DNA of 64,000 bases from Pirellulaceae bacterium (lineage in GTDB: Bacteria; Planctomycetota; Planctomycetia; Pirellulales; Pirellulaceae): assembly GCA_041745295.1 (NCBI GenBank), contig JBGTJE010000103.1, positions 25,689 through 89,688 of the forward strand, in the 5' to 3' direction. This document shows positions 30,316 to 40,602 of the stretch, one piece after another. A program made the translations under genes and the position numbers. The notes under the pieces are model-generated. The model was not told where the DNA came from. It saw nothing but the letters and a program-made list of their open reading frames with translations, and did no database searches. Positions within the stretch are counted from its first letter, which is position 1, and the number at the start of each line of letters is the position of its first letter.

Positions 30316-30657
30316 ATGAGCGATTGGCTGGTTTCACTTGCAGCTGCCCGCGTCGCGCCACCGGAGCCGGGTCGGCGAACGCCGCTGTTGCTTCGCCATG
30401 GAACGATGACGCTTCGCTATTACGCGCCGCGCAACGTCGACCCGCAGACTCCGCACGATCAAGACGAAATCTACATTGTTGAATCCGGCTCGGGGTATTT
30501 TGTCCAAGGCCCAGACGAAGCCCATCTGGCGCGGGCAGCGTTCGGTCCGGGGGATGCTATTTTCGTTCCAGCCGGTCAGGTGCACCGCTTTGTGGATTTT
30601 ACGAATGATTTTGAAACGTGGGTAATTTTCTGGGGAAAACCAGGCGGCGAACGATAG
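30316..30657 (+). CDS. Cupin-domain protein
   Basis: Small beta-barrel protein with GDAIFVPAGQVHRFVDFTNDFETWVIFWG. The start was taken at MSDWLV. Confidence 0.55.
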   Translation: MSDWLVSLAAARVAPPEPGRRTPLLLRHGTMTLRYYAPRNVDPQTPHDQDEIYIVESGSGYFVQGPDEAHLARAAFGPGDAIFVPAGQVHRFVDFTNDFETWVIFWGKPGGER

Positions 30658-30670
30658 GCGCCGGATCGCC

Positions 30671-31102
30671 ATGCTCAATTGGTGGGATCGCGTGTTGTTG
30701 CGTTGGACGTTTTATTTCCGACCCGCTGCCTTAGGAAAAAAGGGGGAATGGGTTGCGCAGCGCGTCCTGATCCGAAAGGGAATGAGAATCGTCGCCCGCT
30801 CGATGCGCAATGCGTACGGCGAAATCGACTTGGTTGCCGTCGACAAGCGAACGGTGGTTTTCGTCGAGGTCAAAACTCGTTCCTCCGATCTGGCAGGCGA
30901 ACCTGCGGAGGCGATTGACAGCAACAAGCAGCGGCACATGACGACCGCGGCGCTGGCCTTTCTGAAGTCCAAACACCTCCTGGAGCAGGCAGCTCGGTTC
31001 GACGTCGTATCGTTGATTTGGTCGAACGATCACGAATTTCCCGAAATCGAACACATTGAAAACGCATTCGAACCGACCGGCGAATTCCAGATGTTCCGGT
31101 AG
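30671..31102 (+). CDS. YraN/UPF0102-family endonuclease-like protein
   Basis: GEWVAQRVLIRKGMRIVARSMRNAYGEIDLVAVDKRTVVFVEVKTRSS matches the YraN family pattern. Confidence 0.65.
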   Translation: MLNWWDRVLLRWTFYFRPAALGKKGEWVAQRVLIRKGMRIVARSMRNAYGEIDLVAVDKRTVVFVEVKTRSSDLAGEPAEAIDSNKQRHMTTAALAFLKSKHLLEQAARFDVVSLIWSNDHEFPEIEHIENAFEPTGEFQMFR

Positions 31103-31205
31103 TGAACCGTCATGCAATGAAATTTGCGTGGAGCATTGTCGCCCGTCTTTGTGTGAGGCACATCGACCGGCATCGAAACTCGGCCGAGTTCCGCTCCCGA
31201 AAACT

Positions 31206-32795
31206 CTACGATTTGGCAGGGGTCTTTGGGGTGGATTTCGCGCTCGCCTCAGCCGTTTCTTCGGGTTGCATTTTCAATAGGGTCTCGGGAAGTTCGATCC
31301 CGGCAACGTCGCGCATGACTTGCATCATGGGGGGCAGCGTGCGGGCCATGTTCTGCAAAAAGTTCGCCGTGCTCGAACCATCTTTGCCGCCGTTTTCCCA
31401 AACAACGATCTTGTCGAATTTAATCTGTGAGATTGCTTTCGCCGAGGCTTCGGTTAGTTTGTCGAGGTGTTCGAGCATTAATAGTTCGAAGGCCGCGCGG
31501 GAGCCGCCGCAGGCATCGATGATTTGTCGCAGACCGTCGGCCTTCTTGGCGAGTATTTCGTAATTGCCACGAGCTTCGGCATCGAGTTTAGCGAAGATGG
31601 CGGAGGCGTCTCCTTCAGCTTCGATGCGCCGCTGGGCCGATAGCGCTTCGGCGTCCACGATAACTTTTGCCTTTTGGGCCTTGGCGGGCGCTTCGAATTC
31701 CGCGCGTCGTTCGGCCTCGATCCGTTCGGCTTGGGCGATTGCGGCTTTGGCCATCGCGCGATTTTGGGCTTCGATGACAGCGGCTTCGGCTTCGCGCTTT
31801 TTGGTTTCCGCCAACTGATAGGTTTCGGCTTGCCGCACCGCCAAACTGGCTTTCGAGGTCGCGATTTCCTGTTCGGCGGTGTTCTCGCCGCTGACTGCTT
31901 TCGCGTTGGCGTCCGCCAACCGCACGCGCATCTCCCGTTCGGCATCTTTGATTTCGGCATCGCGCAGATAGGCAGCCGATTGCTCGCCGACCGTCTGCGC
32001 TTTTTCCAATTCGGCGAGTCGGATCAACTGTTCGCGCATCGCGTCCTTGGTGCCGATTTCTTTCTCTTTTGCGGCGTTGGCGACCTGGATCACGCGATCT
32101 CGCTCGGCCTGGGCGACCCGGGTCTCACCCATTCTTAATTGTTCGGCGACGTCGCCGCGCGCTTGTTGAATCGCTTGCGAGGCCGCCTTTTGGCCGATCG
32201 CATCGATATATCCGGCCTCATCTGTGATGTCGGTGATATTAACGTTAATCAGGACGAGGCCGATTTTTCGGAGTTCCGGCTCCAACGAGTTTTGCACATG
32301 CGACAAAAACGTCTCACGATCGCGATTGATGTCTTCGATCCGCATCGACGCGATGACTTGACGCAACTGGCCAAAGATAATTTCCTGGGCCTGCTTTTCG
32401 ACTTGGGTGACGTTTAATCCGAGCAAGCGGACGGCGGCGTTCTGCATGACTTCGGGCACGGTGCCGACCGCGACGGTAAACACGCTCGGAACATTGACGC
32501 GAATATTTTCCGCTGACAATGCACCGCGGAGGGGAATTTCGATCTGGATTGGCTCTAAATTAAGATAGGCATGATCTTGGATTAATGGCCAGACAAACGT
32601 GGCTCCACCGTGCAGACATTTGACCGCCCGTCCTCCACCCGCCTTGCCGTAAATCACGAGCACGCGATTGCTCGGGCAGCGTCGGTAGCGTTTGGCCAAG
32701 AGAATCACAAACGTGACAAAAACAAGGACCACAGTTAAGACGAGCAAACCCATCCATTGGATCGACGAGTTGAGTTGGGCAAGCGAGGTGATCAT
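31206..32795 (-). CDS. Flotillin-family SPFH/band-7 protein
   Basis: N-terminal TM helix, an SPFH domain, and a long Ala/Glu-rich coiled coil (AEAAVIEAQNRAMAKAAIAQAERIEAERRAEFEAPAKAQKAKV). 529 aa. Confidence 0.85.
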   Translation of the reverse strand: MITSLAQLNSSIQWMGLLVLTVVLVFVTFVILLAKRYRRCPSNRVLVIYGKAGGGRAVKCLHGGATFVWPLIQDHAYLNLEPIQIEIPLRGALSAENIRVNVPSVFTVAVGTVPEVMQNAAVRLLGLNVTQVEKQAQEIIFGQLRQVIASMRIEDINRDRETFLSHVQNSLEPELRKIGLVLINVNITDITDEAGYIDAIGQKAASQAIQQARGDVAEQLRMGETRVAQAERDRVIQVANAAKEKEIGTKDAMREQLIRLAELEKAQTVGEQSAAYLRDAEIKDAEREMRVRLADANAKAVSGENTAEQEIATSKASLAVRQAETYQLAETKKREAEAAVIEAQNRAMAKAAIAQAERIEAERRAEFEAPAKAQKAKVIVDAEALSAQRRIEAEGDASAIFAKLDAEARGNYEILAKKADGLRQIIDACGGSRAAFELLMLEHLDKLTEASAKAISQIKFDKIVVWENGGKDGSSTANFLQNMARTLPPMMQVMRDVAGIELPETLLKMQPEETAEASAKSTPKTPAKS

Positions 32796-32918
32796 CGAAA
32801 TTCAGCTCCGACAAAGTCCAAGAAGAGTTTTCGCCGAACCACGCCATTTGTTCGGGCGTTACGACGTCGGATCGACGACGGTCAAGCAAACCCGCGCGTG
32901 GTTGAAACTCATTATATT

Positions 32919-33545
32919 TCAAGCGTTTGGGATATGTTCCACCGAATTGGCGGGAATAACCTCGACGATATCGCCCACGACGCGCGTAACCTGCACCTTT
33001 GTTCCGGTGGGAATCGTGTCTTGAGGCGTCCGCGCTTCCAGTTCGATAGATCGCGATTGCAGATGTAATGTGACTTTGCCCAATCCTTGGTTGTTTCCGG
33101 GAATCGTCAGATAGACGGTACCCAACGCCCCAACGGCCCGCTCGATTCGAATCGTCCCATCCGCTCGCAACAGCGCGAGTGACTTCATCATCCATGTTAG
33201 TAAATACATCGCGGCCAACCCGGCGGCAACGGCGCCGGCGAGGGTTGCGATCGACGACATGCCCGCGGACTTGAGCGCCAGCCCGGCCAGCCCAAAAAAC
33301 GCCAGCGCCGCAGTGACCGTGCGAAACGTGATCACGCCGAAAAACCAGTTCGGCCCGTGATGGGAGTGATTCCCCTGTTCGTGTGCGGCACCGTGATCGC
33401 CGCCGTGAACATCGCCACCGGCGCCATGTGCAACATCCCCACCACCCATGTCATCACTGCCCCCCAATCCAATGAGGGTCAGCGCGAATTGACAGACTAA
33501 GAGCGTCACGCCAATCGTCGCGCAAATTCCAAAAAGCAAGGTCAT
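32919..33545 (-). CDS. NfeD-like membrane protein (flotillin-associated)
   Basis: Multiple TM helices, a His/Gly/Asp-rich loop, and a C-terminal OB-fold-like domain. Lies directly upstream of the flotillin gene, as in yqiJ-yqiK pairs. Confidence 0.65.
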   Translation of the reverse strand: MTLLFGICATIGVTLLVCQFALTLIGLGGSDDMGGGDVAHGAGGDVHGGDHGAAHEQGNHSHHGPNWFFGVITFRTVTAALAFFGLAGLALKSAGMSSIATLAGAVAAGLAAMYLLTWMMKSLALLRADGTIRIERAVGALGTVYLTIPGNNQGLGKVTLHLQSRSIELEARTPQDTIPTGTKVQVTRVVGDIVEVIPANSVEHIPNA

Positions 33546-33883
33546 GACTGGTACTCCTCATTCAAATCGCGAGCGGTGCAATGGAATTCGCCGGGTGCCG
33601 GGAATTCTTCGCGCCTATCGATGTCCCGACGGCTGAAAATTCGGATCACGCTCAATTCTATTCTGTAAAGAAGTTTCGCCCATTGGCGAAGCAAATGCAA
33701 AGCAGTGAACTCATTTCTGCCGCTTTGTGGGTTTTCGCTCTACGGCTGTGAATTAATTCATTTTGCACGTAGTGCTGCCGTTCTGGGCCGCGTTTTCAAG
33801 TCATTCGACGGCATGGAAAGGCCCTCCTACGAATAAGTGCACAGCCTCTGCACGAAAGACCACGATTAGTGATCGGACGCTCG

Positions 33884-34543
33884 TTAGAACTCGCCGAGCG
33901 AGCGTTCCAATTGCTGAACTTGCGCCCGGACGTTTTCCAGATCGGGATAGATGGCCAGTGCTCGGCGGAAGGTGATCAACGCTTGAGCGCCGTCCTCCAA
34001 ATGCATATGGCAATGGGCTTCCGTCATCGCCGCCGGAAAATGATAAGGATTCAGGTCGAGAGCCGTTTGGCAATCCATGGCGGCGTCGGCGAACGATTCT
34101 TGAGCGTAAAACGCGATCGAACGTTGATTAAAGGCTTCGGCAATCAACGGATCGTCGCCAATGATTTCGGTGGCGACATCCAACGCGTCGTGAAATCGTC
34201 CCCGTTGATTGAGTCGTGCCGCATGCCCAAGGCGATGCCGAATCACATTATCGCTGACGCGGAACCAAAGTTGGCGAATGCCGTGATCGCCGAGCAACCG
34301 CACGGCTCGATCGCGATCCCGCAGCGCTTCGCCTAGAATTTCGTTATGCGAATAATCACCCAAAAAACCCAACGCCAGGATCGCCGCGCGGCGACTAATG
34401 CGTTGACCATAGATTGCCAAGCGCTCGAGGGTTCCCAGGTTGTAATGCTGGGACACCGAACGGATGAACGCCGCCGAATTCTCGTCGCTCAGGTATTGGT
34501 GATATAGTCGATCTAGTTTCGCGTACTTCATCGATCGCAGCAT
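33884..34543 (-). CDS. TPR-repeat protein
   Basis: TPR units, for example AEAFNQRSIAFYAQESFADAAMDCQTALDLNP. 219 aa. Confidence 0.55.
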   Translation of the reverse strand: MLRSMKYAKLDRLYHQYLSDENSAAFIRSVSQHYNLGTLERLAIYGQRISRRAAILALGFLGDYSHNEILGEALRDRDRAVRLLGDHGIRQLWFRVSDNVIRHRLGHAARLNQRGRFHDALDVATEIIGDDPLIAEAFNQRSIAFYAQESFADAAMDCQTALDLNPYHFPAAMTEAHCHMHLEDGAQALITFRRALAIYPDLENVRAQVQQLERSLGEF

Positions 34544-34696
34544 TCACAAACGAGAAACTTGGGTTCCGCAGGCTTGAGTTTAATTGCCGATCCAAGCTCG
34601 CACAATGTTTGCAAGTACTTCCGCTTTGTACTTTGTACAGAATCTCTGTTAAAATGCGGAGAACAGGGGCGTCCGTACCGGATTTGACGACGGCAC

Positions 34697-35794
34697 ATGA
34701 TCTGCAAGCAGGGAATCTCACTCATCGGGCTGATCATTGCGGCCCCATGGTTCGCTCAAACCAGCGACGAATCGTGGCACCGAAATAGCGAATTGCAGAA
34801 AGCACTCGCGGCTCAGCTGGAAATTCACTCGTCCAGCGAATCATTGCGCTCGTTCGTTTTACGACTCTCGCAAAGCCAACGCGTCGCTGTCTTTTTGGAC
34901 CGAAGGCTGGATCCGACCACGCCCCGCGACTTTACATTGCATGGTCGGAGCCTGAAGTCGATTCTTTACTTAGCGGCCGCGCAAAGTGGCGGCGGCGCGA
35001 GTTTGTTTGCCGACGCCATTTACATCGGCCCGGGGGACGTAGTCGCCGTTTTGCCCGAGGCGCTGACGACGCTTCGTACTCGAGTAAAATCCCTGCCGCC
35101 GGAATCCAGAAAAGTTTGGCAACGGGCGGAAGCGTGGCAGATGGCTCGCCTCAGTCGGCCCGCAGACCTCGTAAAGCAACTGGCCGCCGACCACGAATTG
35201 AACGCGATGGGTATCGAAAAAATCCCTCACGATCTTTGGCCAGAGGTCGACCTGCCGCCGTTATCATTGGCCGAAAAATTCGCCTGCATACTCTTGGGAT
35301 TCGGCTTGTGGCCCGAAATCTCGGCGGATGGAAAAGCGGTTCGAATCACCGAATTTGTAGTACCCGAAACGATTACGCGAACGCATTCGAGCCAGCCACT
35401 CGGTGAATTTACTTCCTGGTTGCGCGAGAACTTCCCCAACGCCCAGGTCAAAAAGAAATCGTCGAGCCTTGTCATTACAGCACCTCCCGCCGACCATCAT
35501 CAAATCGCCCTTTGGTTGGCCGAACACGAAACGCCAAAAAAAGCGGCCTCGCCCGCTGCCAAAAAAGTCGTCACTTTGAACGCCACGGCGACGGCTGGAA
35601 ACATCGCCACTCAAGTCGCCGCGCAATTGGGGGTCGAGCTGGTTTGCGATCCCAAATTGCAGAAGCAATTGGAAACCCGCGTCGAGATTCACGTCGAGCA
35701 AGTAACGTATCCTGAACTATTGAGCAAGGTTTTCGCCGACACCGGATTGTCGTTTCAGCTCGATGACCGACAATTGCGGATCTTCGCCAAATAG
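34697..35794 (+). CDS. Hypothetical secreted protein (365 aa)
   Basis: Signal peptide MICKQGISLIGLIIAAPWFAQT. No recognisable motifs. Confidence 0.5.
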   Translation: MICKQGISLIGLIIAAPWFAQTSDESWHRNSELQKALAAQLEIHSSSESLRSFVLRLSQSQRVAVFLDRRLDPTTPRDFTLHGRSLKSILYLAAAQSGGGASLFADAIYIGPGDVVAVLPEALTTLRTRVKSLPPESRKVWQRAEAWQMARLSRPADLVKQLAADHELNAMGIEKIPHDLWPEVDLPPLSLAEKFACILLGFGLWPEISADGKAVRITEFVVPETITRTHSSQPLGEFTSWLRENFPNAQVKKKSSSLVITAPPADHHQIALWLAEHETPKKAASPAAKKVVTLNATATAGNIATQVAAQLGVELVCDPKLQKQLETRVEIHVEQVTYPELLSKVFADTGLSFQLDDRQLRIFAK

Positions 35795-35821
35795 ACGGTC
35801 CGCTTCTTAACTTCGTTTGAC

Positions 35822-35893
35822 GCCGAGCCGAAGGCGACGGCCCAACTCCGTAACACGGGGATGGCGTCGCCTACGGCTTGCCGTTAAACAACC
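35822..35893. repeat. GC-rich palindromic repeat, same family as 12352..12412 and 27184..27241
   Basis: gccgaaggcgacg / cgtcgcctacggc, a 12/13 inverted repeat. The reverse complement of 35864..35893 matches 12352..12380 at 23 of 25 positions (GTTTAACGGCAAGCCG..GGCGA). Confidence 0.55.
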
Positions 35894-35934
35894 GCGACGC
35901 GATTTGAGCAGACCTATTACTCGATGCATCCAAC

Positions 35935-37485
35935 ATGAACGCGATCGAAACCGCCTTTCGCCAACTTTGTCAGCACTCCAGCGACACCAAAAAGCTTTCG
36001 ACGACCCAAGCCCTCTTGGAATGGGATCAGCAGACCTATCTTCCCCCAGCGGCGGGTGAATACCGGGCCGAACAGGTTAGTTTCTTGGCGGGGTTCATTC
36101 ACCAACGTCAAACCGATCCGCGAGTCGGTCATTGGCTCGACGAGCTCGTTGGCTCGGACCTTGCCCGGGACCGCGCCACTGCGTCCGGTGCCTCGATCTT
36201 TCATTGGCGCCGCCAATTCGAAAAACAAACAAAACTCCCGCAAGCATTGGTCGAGGAACTTGCCCGGACGTGTTCCCTGGCACAGCTGGTTTGGATTGAA
36301 GCCCGTCGGGAAAACGAATTTAAGAAATTTTCGCCTCACTTGGTTCGCATTATTGAACTGAAGCGACAGCAAGCTGATGCGATTGGCTTTGCCGAATGCC
36401 GCTACGATGCGTTGTTGGATGACTACGAGCCATTGGCCAAGACGAGCGAAATCAGCGAAGTCTTGGCGCGGTTGCGGCAGGAGCTTGTTCCACTTGTGCG
36501 GCAAATCGCGGCGGCCCGCGGCGGTCCCGCGGCGGATTTGTTGCATCGACATTTCCCGCGCGGCAAACAAGAGGAATTGGGAAAAACCATCGCCGCGGCG
36601 ATCGGCTTTGACTTTTCACGCGGCCGCTTGGATACGACGAGCCATCCGTTCTGCACGGAATTGGGAAAAGACGACTGTCGCATAACTACGCGCTACGACG
36701 AGTCTTTTTTCTCGAGCTCGTTTTTTGGCATTCTGCACGAAGCAGGACACGGGATGTACGAACAAGGCCTGCCGAGGGACGAATACGGTTGGGCCAGCGG
36801 CGATTATTGCAGTTTGGGAATCCATGAGTCTCAGTCCCGCTTGTGGGAAAACCTCGTCGGCCGCAGCCGTGGATTTTGGGAGTTCGCGTTTCCGCTCGTC
36901 CGCGCATCGTTTCCAGAGGCCGTATCGGATCTCAAACCAGAGCATTGGTACGCGGCCGTCAATCAGGTCCGCCCCAATCTGATCCGTGTCGAAGCCGACG
37001 AAGCGACGTACAACATGCACATCATCATTCGGTTTGAACTGGAACAAGCCCTGCTCGATGACCGGTTGGCGGTCACCGATTTGCCGCAGGCTTGGAACGA
37101 CGCTTACGAACGGGATGTCGGCATTCGGCCGTTAACCGATTCGGATGGTGTCCTGCAAGATATCCACTGGAGCGCGGGTCTGCTCGGCTATTTTCCGACG
37201 TATTCCCTTGGAAATATTTACGCCAGCCAATTGTTTGAGCAGGCCGGCAAGGAATTAGGTAATTTGCCTACGGCGTTTGCCAAAGGTGAATTTCGCCCGT
37301 TGCGCGAGTGGCTGCGAGTCAATGTTCACAATCTCGGCAATCGGTACTCGTCCCAAGAACTGATCGCAAAAGTCACCGGCCGGACGATGGACATTCGGCC
37401 TCTGATCAATCATTTGCGCAGCAAACTCCTGCCGATTTACGGATTGTCTGGCGATGCTCACGCGGAATGCGCGGATCGTCCCTAG
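35935..37485 (+). CDS. Carboxypeptidase Taq-like M32 zinc metallocarboxypeptidase
   Basis: HEAGHGMYEQG (HExxH), DYCSLGIHESQSRLWEN, IRVEADE.TYN.HII.RFELE, and YSLGNIYASQLF are typical M32 signatures. 516 aa. Confidence 0.85.
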   Translation: MNAIETAFRQLCQHSSDTKKLSTTQALLEWDQQTYLPPAAGEYRAEQVSFLAGFIHQRQTDPRVGHWLDELVGSDLARDRATASGASIFHWRRQFEKQTKLPQALVEELARTCSLAQLVWIEARRENEFKKFSPHLVRIIELKRQQADAIGFAECRYDALLDDYEPLAKTSEISEVLARLRQELVPLVRQIAAARGGPAADLLHRHFPRGKQEELGKTIAAAIGFDFSRGRLDTTSHPFCTELGKDDCRITTRYDESFFSSSFFGILHEAGHGMYEQGLPRDEYGWASGDYCSLGIHESQSRLWENLVGRSRGFWEFAFPLVRASFPEAVSDLKPEHWYAAVNQVRPNLIRVEADEATYNMHIIIRFELEQALLDDRLAVTDLPQAWNDAYERDVGIRPLTDSDGVLQDIHWSAGLLGYFPTYSLGNIYASQLFEQAGKELGNLPTAFAKGEFRPLREWLRVNVHNLGNRYSSQELIAKVTGRTMDIRPLINHLRSKLLPIYGLSGDAHAECADRP

Positions 37486-37570
37486 AGAATGCAACGCGAG
37501 ATCGCGTTTCGTGTTCTTTGCGTTTAATAAATAGGAGAATAGGGCAAGCACGGTGCTGACATCCAACTTA

Positions 37571-39817
37571 TTACTTGAACGGCGCACCGGGTTTCCGCGA
37601 CGAGAACCACAAAGCGCCTATTGCGACGACGGCCACTCCCAACGCAGCAATGAGCCACGGCCAGGGAAGTTGATCGCCTTTGAGCGGGAACCAATCGAGC
37701 CCTTGTAGGTCTTCGTTCAAGTACGCGAGACTTACAAGCGTCGCATTGTTCAGCATGTGCAAGAAAATTCCTGGGATCAGGGAACCGGTGCGCCAACAGA
37801 CCAAGGCTAATAACATGCCCATCAAAGTGGTTGGGATAAACCGATCGAACGCGATGACGCTTTGGGTGAGCAAATGAAACGCACCAAAAATAATCCCCGA
37901 GATCACGATCGGTCCAACCGCGGTCTTGCTGCGGGAGAGAAGCGAGCGCAGAAGAAAGCCGCGAAAGAACCACTCTTCGGCAATCGCGGGAATGACGGCG
38001 TGAGTTAATAGAATCGCCCCAAGCGGTAATTCGCGCCACCGCCTCACGTAACCTTCGCTTGCACCGATCACGCGTTGTTGCCAGGCTGCACCGGATTCGA
38101 CGCCGCCAAACCAAATGACCAACTGTTCGGTAATCGAGACGGACAAAATGGCCAGCGGCCAAGCGGTGAGGCCCACGACAATGGCGGCCAACAGGGGAAC
38201 GAAGCCGGGCCAGCGGAGCGCAAACCCGGTCGCGATGCGAACCCGTTGATGCCAGGCAAACAACAATGGAACTCCGATAAAGAAGAGAACCGTGACGATC
38301 GAGAGGATGACCAACGGAAGACGGATATCTTCATCGGCAATTCGGCTGATCACGGAAATCGCCACGAAGTTGGCGGGGAACAAGCAGGTCAAACAAAAAA
38401 TCGCCGCCAGCGGCGACGCCGTTTCCTGCGGATGCTTGGGACGCCGCAACGAATCCTGAATACTCGTGTGGCTACCGTAGAGAATCGCGTCGGTGCCGAA
38501 GATCCGCGCGGCGATCGCGATCGCCAACACCGCGTACAACAATGTTGAAAGGATCGCGACGATCGCCGGTGCCGTGGCAACTTGGCCATGTAAAATGTCC
38601 CGGGCAAGCAAAACGAAGTTGAGTAATGGAACGAGGCAAATGGGTCCGCTCAACGATAGGTCCGGTGCCAAGCTGACGACGCCGGGTGCGAGCGACAGCA
38701 AGATCAGCGGAATCAGGTAGGCTTGGGCTTCTTTAAAGCTGCGGGCGAAACTGGTTACCGCCAACAGCACGGCGGAAAAAAATGCCGCAAATAATAGCAA
38801 CAGCCCAAAGACTTGTGCGACCGACACGAAGGAGAACTTTCCCGATTCGAATATCATCCCTTCTAAGCGAAAGGCCCAAATCGTCGCCAGCATCCCGATC
38901 AAGTTCAGCGTTGCCGTAAGCATCGCCACGGTTAACACCGCGACGAACTTAGCAAACAAGATCCGCATGCGCGGAATCGGCGCCGCGACGAGCGCCTCCA
39001 TCGTTCCCCGTTCTCGCTCGCCCGCCGTGAGGTCGATCGCTGGATAGACCGCCCCTGTGATCGTCATCAGTACCAAAATGAACGGGATCAACGTCGCAAA
39101 GGAGATCGCGGGTTTTGCTTTTTGCCGCGCGATTACTTCTGTGGACTGGACCAGGAAATCCATTTGGCCCAAGACTCCACGCCGCTGCATTCGATAGCGA
39201 TTGACCGATTCGAGGTAGTCGCGCATATACTCGGCGGCTTGGCGCGAGAGCGCACTGTTGACGTTGGATACGATTTCGATGGTCGGCGGAGCGCGCGTTT
39301 GGGACCTGGAATTCGGCCGCTTCGCCAGGGAGTTGGCCACGTCGAAATGCACGGTGACTCCAGCATCCACCGTTCCCGCAGCTACCCCGTTCGAGACAAA
39401 ACTCCAATCGTTTTCGGCGCTCGGTTCTGAGAATTCGTGTTCGACGAATTTCGCAATGGACGGGGACGTACGATTGAGGTGTTTTTCAATGAGCGTGGCC
39501 TTTTGTTCCTCTAAAAGTCGAACATCCTGCATGAACTCGTCGAACCAGCGTGCGAATTCGTTTCTCGGTCCTCGGTAGTCGATTGCGAAGCGATATGTAA
39601 GCGGTTTGTCGCCGGACGCTGCAATCACTCCGGTCAACAAAAACGTACGAAATATCAAGCTGAGGATTGGATAGACCAAGAGCGGCATCAACAGCAGCGT
39701 GATCACAGTGCGACGATCGCGCAGCGTTTCGCGGAGTTCCTTTTGGGCCAATCGACCCAGCCGCGCAAACTCAAATCCCGACCAGGAACGTCGAGGCCCC
39801 ACCTGCCCCTGTTTCAT
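37571..39817 (-). CDS. ABC-2-type transporter permease fused to a C-terminal CPBP (CAAX/Abi) intramembrane metalloprotease domain
   Basis: Six or more TM helices with a large extracytoplasmic loop after TM1. C-terminal CPBP motifs EEWFFRG, FGAFH and HMLNN. The start was taken at the ATG (39817) that forms an ATGA overlap with the upstream ATPase stop. The ORF-finder start at 39838 is a GTG. Confidence 0.75.
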   Translation of the reverse strand: MKQGQVGPRRSWSGFEFARLGRLAQKELRETLRDRRTVITLLLMPLLVYPILSLIFRTFLLTGVIAASGDKPLTYRFAIDYRGPRNEFARWFDEFMQDVRLLEEQKATLIEKHLNRTSPSIAKFVEHEFSEPSAENDWSFVSNGVAAGTVDAGVTVHFDVANSLAKRPNSRSQTRAPPTIEIVSNVNSALSRQAAEYMRDYLESVNRYRMQRRGVLGQMDFLVQSTEVIARQKAKPAISFATLIPFILVLMTITGAVYPAIDLTAGERERGTMEALVAAPIPRMRILFAKFVAVLTVAMLTATLNLIGMLATIWAFRLEGMIFESGKFSFVSVAQVFGLLLLFAAFFSAVLLAVTSFARSFKEAQAYLIPLILLSLAPGVVSLAPDLSLSGPICLVPLLNFVLLARDILHGQVATAPAIVAILSTLLYAVLAIAIAARIFGTDAILYGSHTSIQDSLRRPKHPQETASPLAAIFCLTCLFPANFVAISVISRIADEDIRLPLVILSIVTVLFFIGVPLLFAWHQRVRIATGFALRWPGFVPLLAAIVVGLTAWPLAILSVSITEQLVIWFGGVESGAAWQQRVIGASEGYVRRWRELPLGAILLTHAVIPAIAEEWFFRGFLLRSLLSRSKTAVGPIVISGIIFGAFHLLTQSVIAFDRFIPTTLMGMLLALVCWRTGSLIPGIFLHMLNNATLVSLAYLNEDLQGLDWFPLKGDQLPWPWLIAALGVAVVAIGALWFSSRKPGAPFK

Positions 39818-40602
39818 GTCCGCTCCTTGGACATCCACGACTCATCGACCGGACGCGCCAACAACGAATCGCCCTCGGGGCGGAGTAGTCCGATGAAAAT
39901 GTCAACTAAGTTTTCGTGTCCCGTTTGCTGTTGAAGTTGCGGCATCGTTCCCTCATGCACCAAGCGCCCTTGGTGAATCAAGCCAAAGCGTTGGCAGACG
40001 TGCTGGGCTTGTTCCAATCGATGCGTGCACAAGATAATGGCCTTGTTCTCGCGGCAGAGCATTTGCATATAGTCAAAGATGATTTGGCTGCCGACCACAT
40101 CCAGGCCCAGCGTCGGTTCGTCCAAGAGCATGATCGGCGGGTCGTGCATGAGGGCTCGAGCCAAGTTAATTCTTTGTCGCTGTCCGGTGCTCAGCGTCGC
40201 ACTCCGCTGATCCAAATACGGATGGATAGCCAGCAAATCGCCCAAGCGTTCGACTTGCTGCTGTATCCGCCCGTAGGGCAATCCATAGACGTCGCCAAAA
40301 AAGCTGAGTATTTCCCGCGCCGTGAGCCATTGATAAGTTCCGGCATTCGCCGAGACAAATCCAACGCGGCGCTTGATTTCGTCGGCTGAAATATCGGAGC
40401 GAATCGTGTCGATTTCGGCGTAACCGGAGTCGGGTTGCAACAAACCCAGGATCATCCGCATGGTCGTGGTCTTGCCGGCGCCGTTGGGGCCCAAAAGGCC
40501 ATAGATTTCCCCCGGGCGAACCTCGAATGAGACGTTGTCCACGGCTTGAATCGTCTGATCATACGTCACGAATTTCTTGCAAAGTTCGACGACGCGGATC
40601 AT
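39814..40602 (-). CDS. ABC transporter ATP-binding protein
   Basis: Walker A GPNGAGKTT, signature LSTGQRQR, Walker B LLDEP. The start was taken at MIRVVELCKKF (ATG at 40602). Confidence 0.85.
   Translation of the reverse strand: MIRVVELCKKFVTYDQTIQAVDNVSFEVRPGEIYGLLGPNGAGKTTTMRMILGLLQPDSGYAEIDTIRSDISADEIKRRVGFVSANAGTYQWLTAREILSFFGDVYGLPYGRIQQQVERLGDLLAIHPYLDQRSATLSTGQRQRINLARALMHDPPIMLLDEPTLGLDVVGSQIIFDYMQMLCRENKAIILCTHRLEQAQHVCQRFGLIHQGRLVHEGTMPQLQQQTGHENLVDIFIGLLRPEGDSLLARPVDESWMSKERT

Noticed and set aside
33869-34336. 155-aa plus-strand ORF
   Set aside because: It overlaps the TPR protein on the opposite strand, which shows convincing TPR periodicity.
35917-36570. 217-aa minus-strand ORF overlapping the M32 carboxypeptidase N-terminus
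   Set aside because: It is antisense to a gene with clear HExxH and family motifs. The ORF likely arises from GC bias.
37486-37570. Short hairpin aacgcg-agat-cgcgtt after the carboxypeptidase gene, as a possible intrinsic terminator
   Set aside because: The stem is only 6 bp and is followed by an interrupted T-tract. It is too weak to call confidently.
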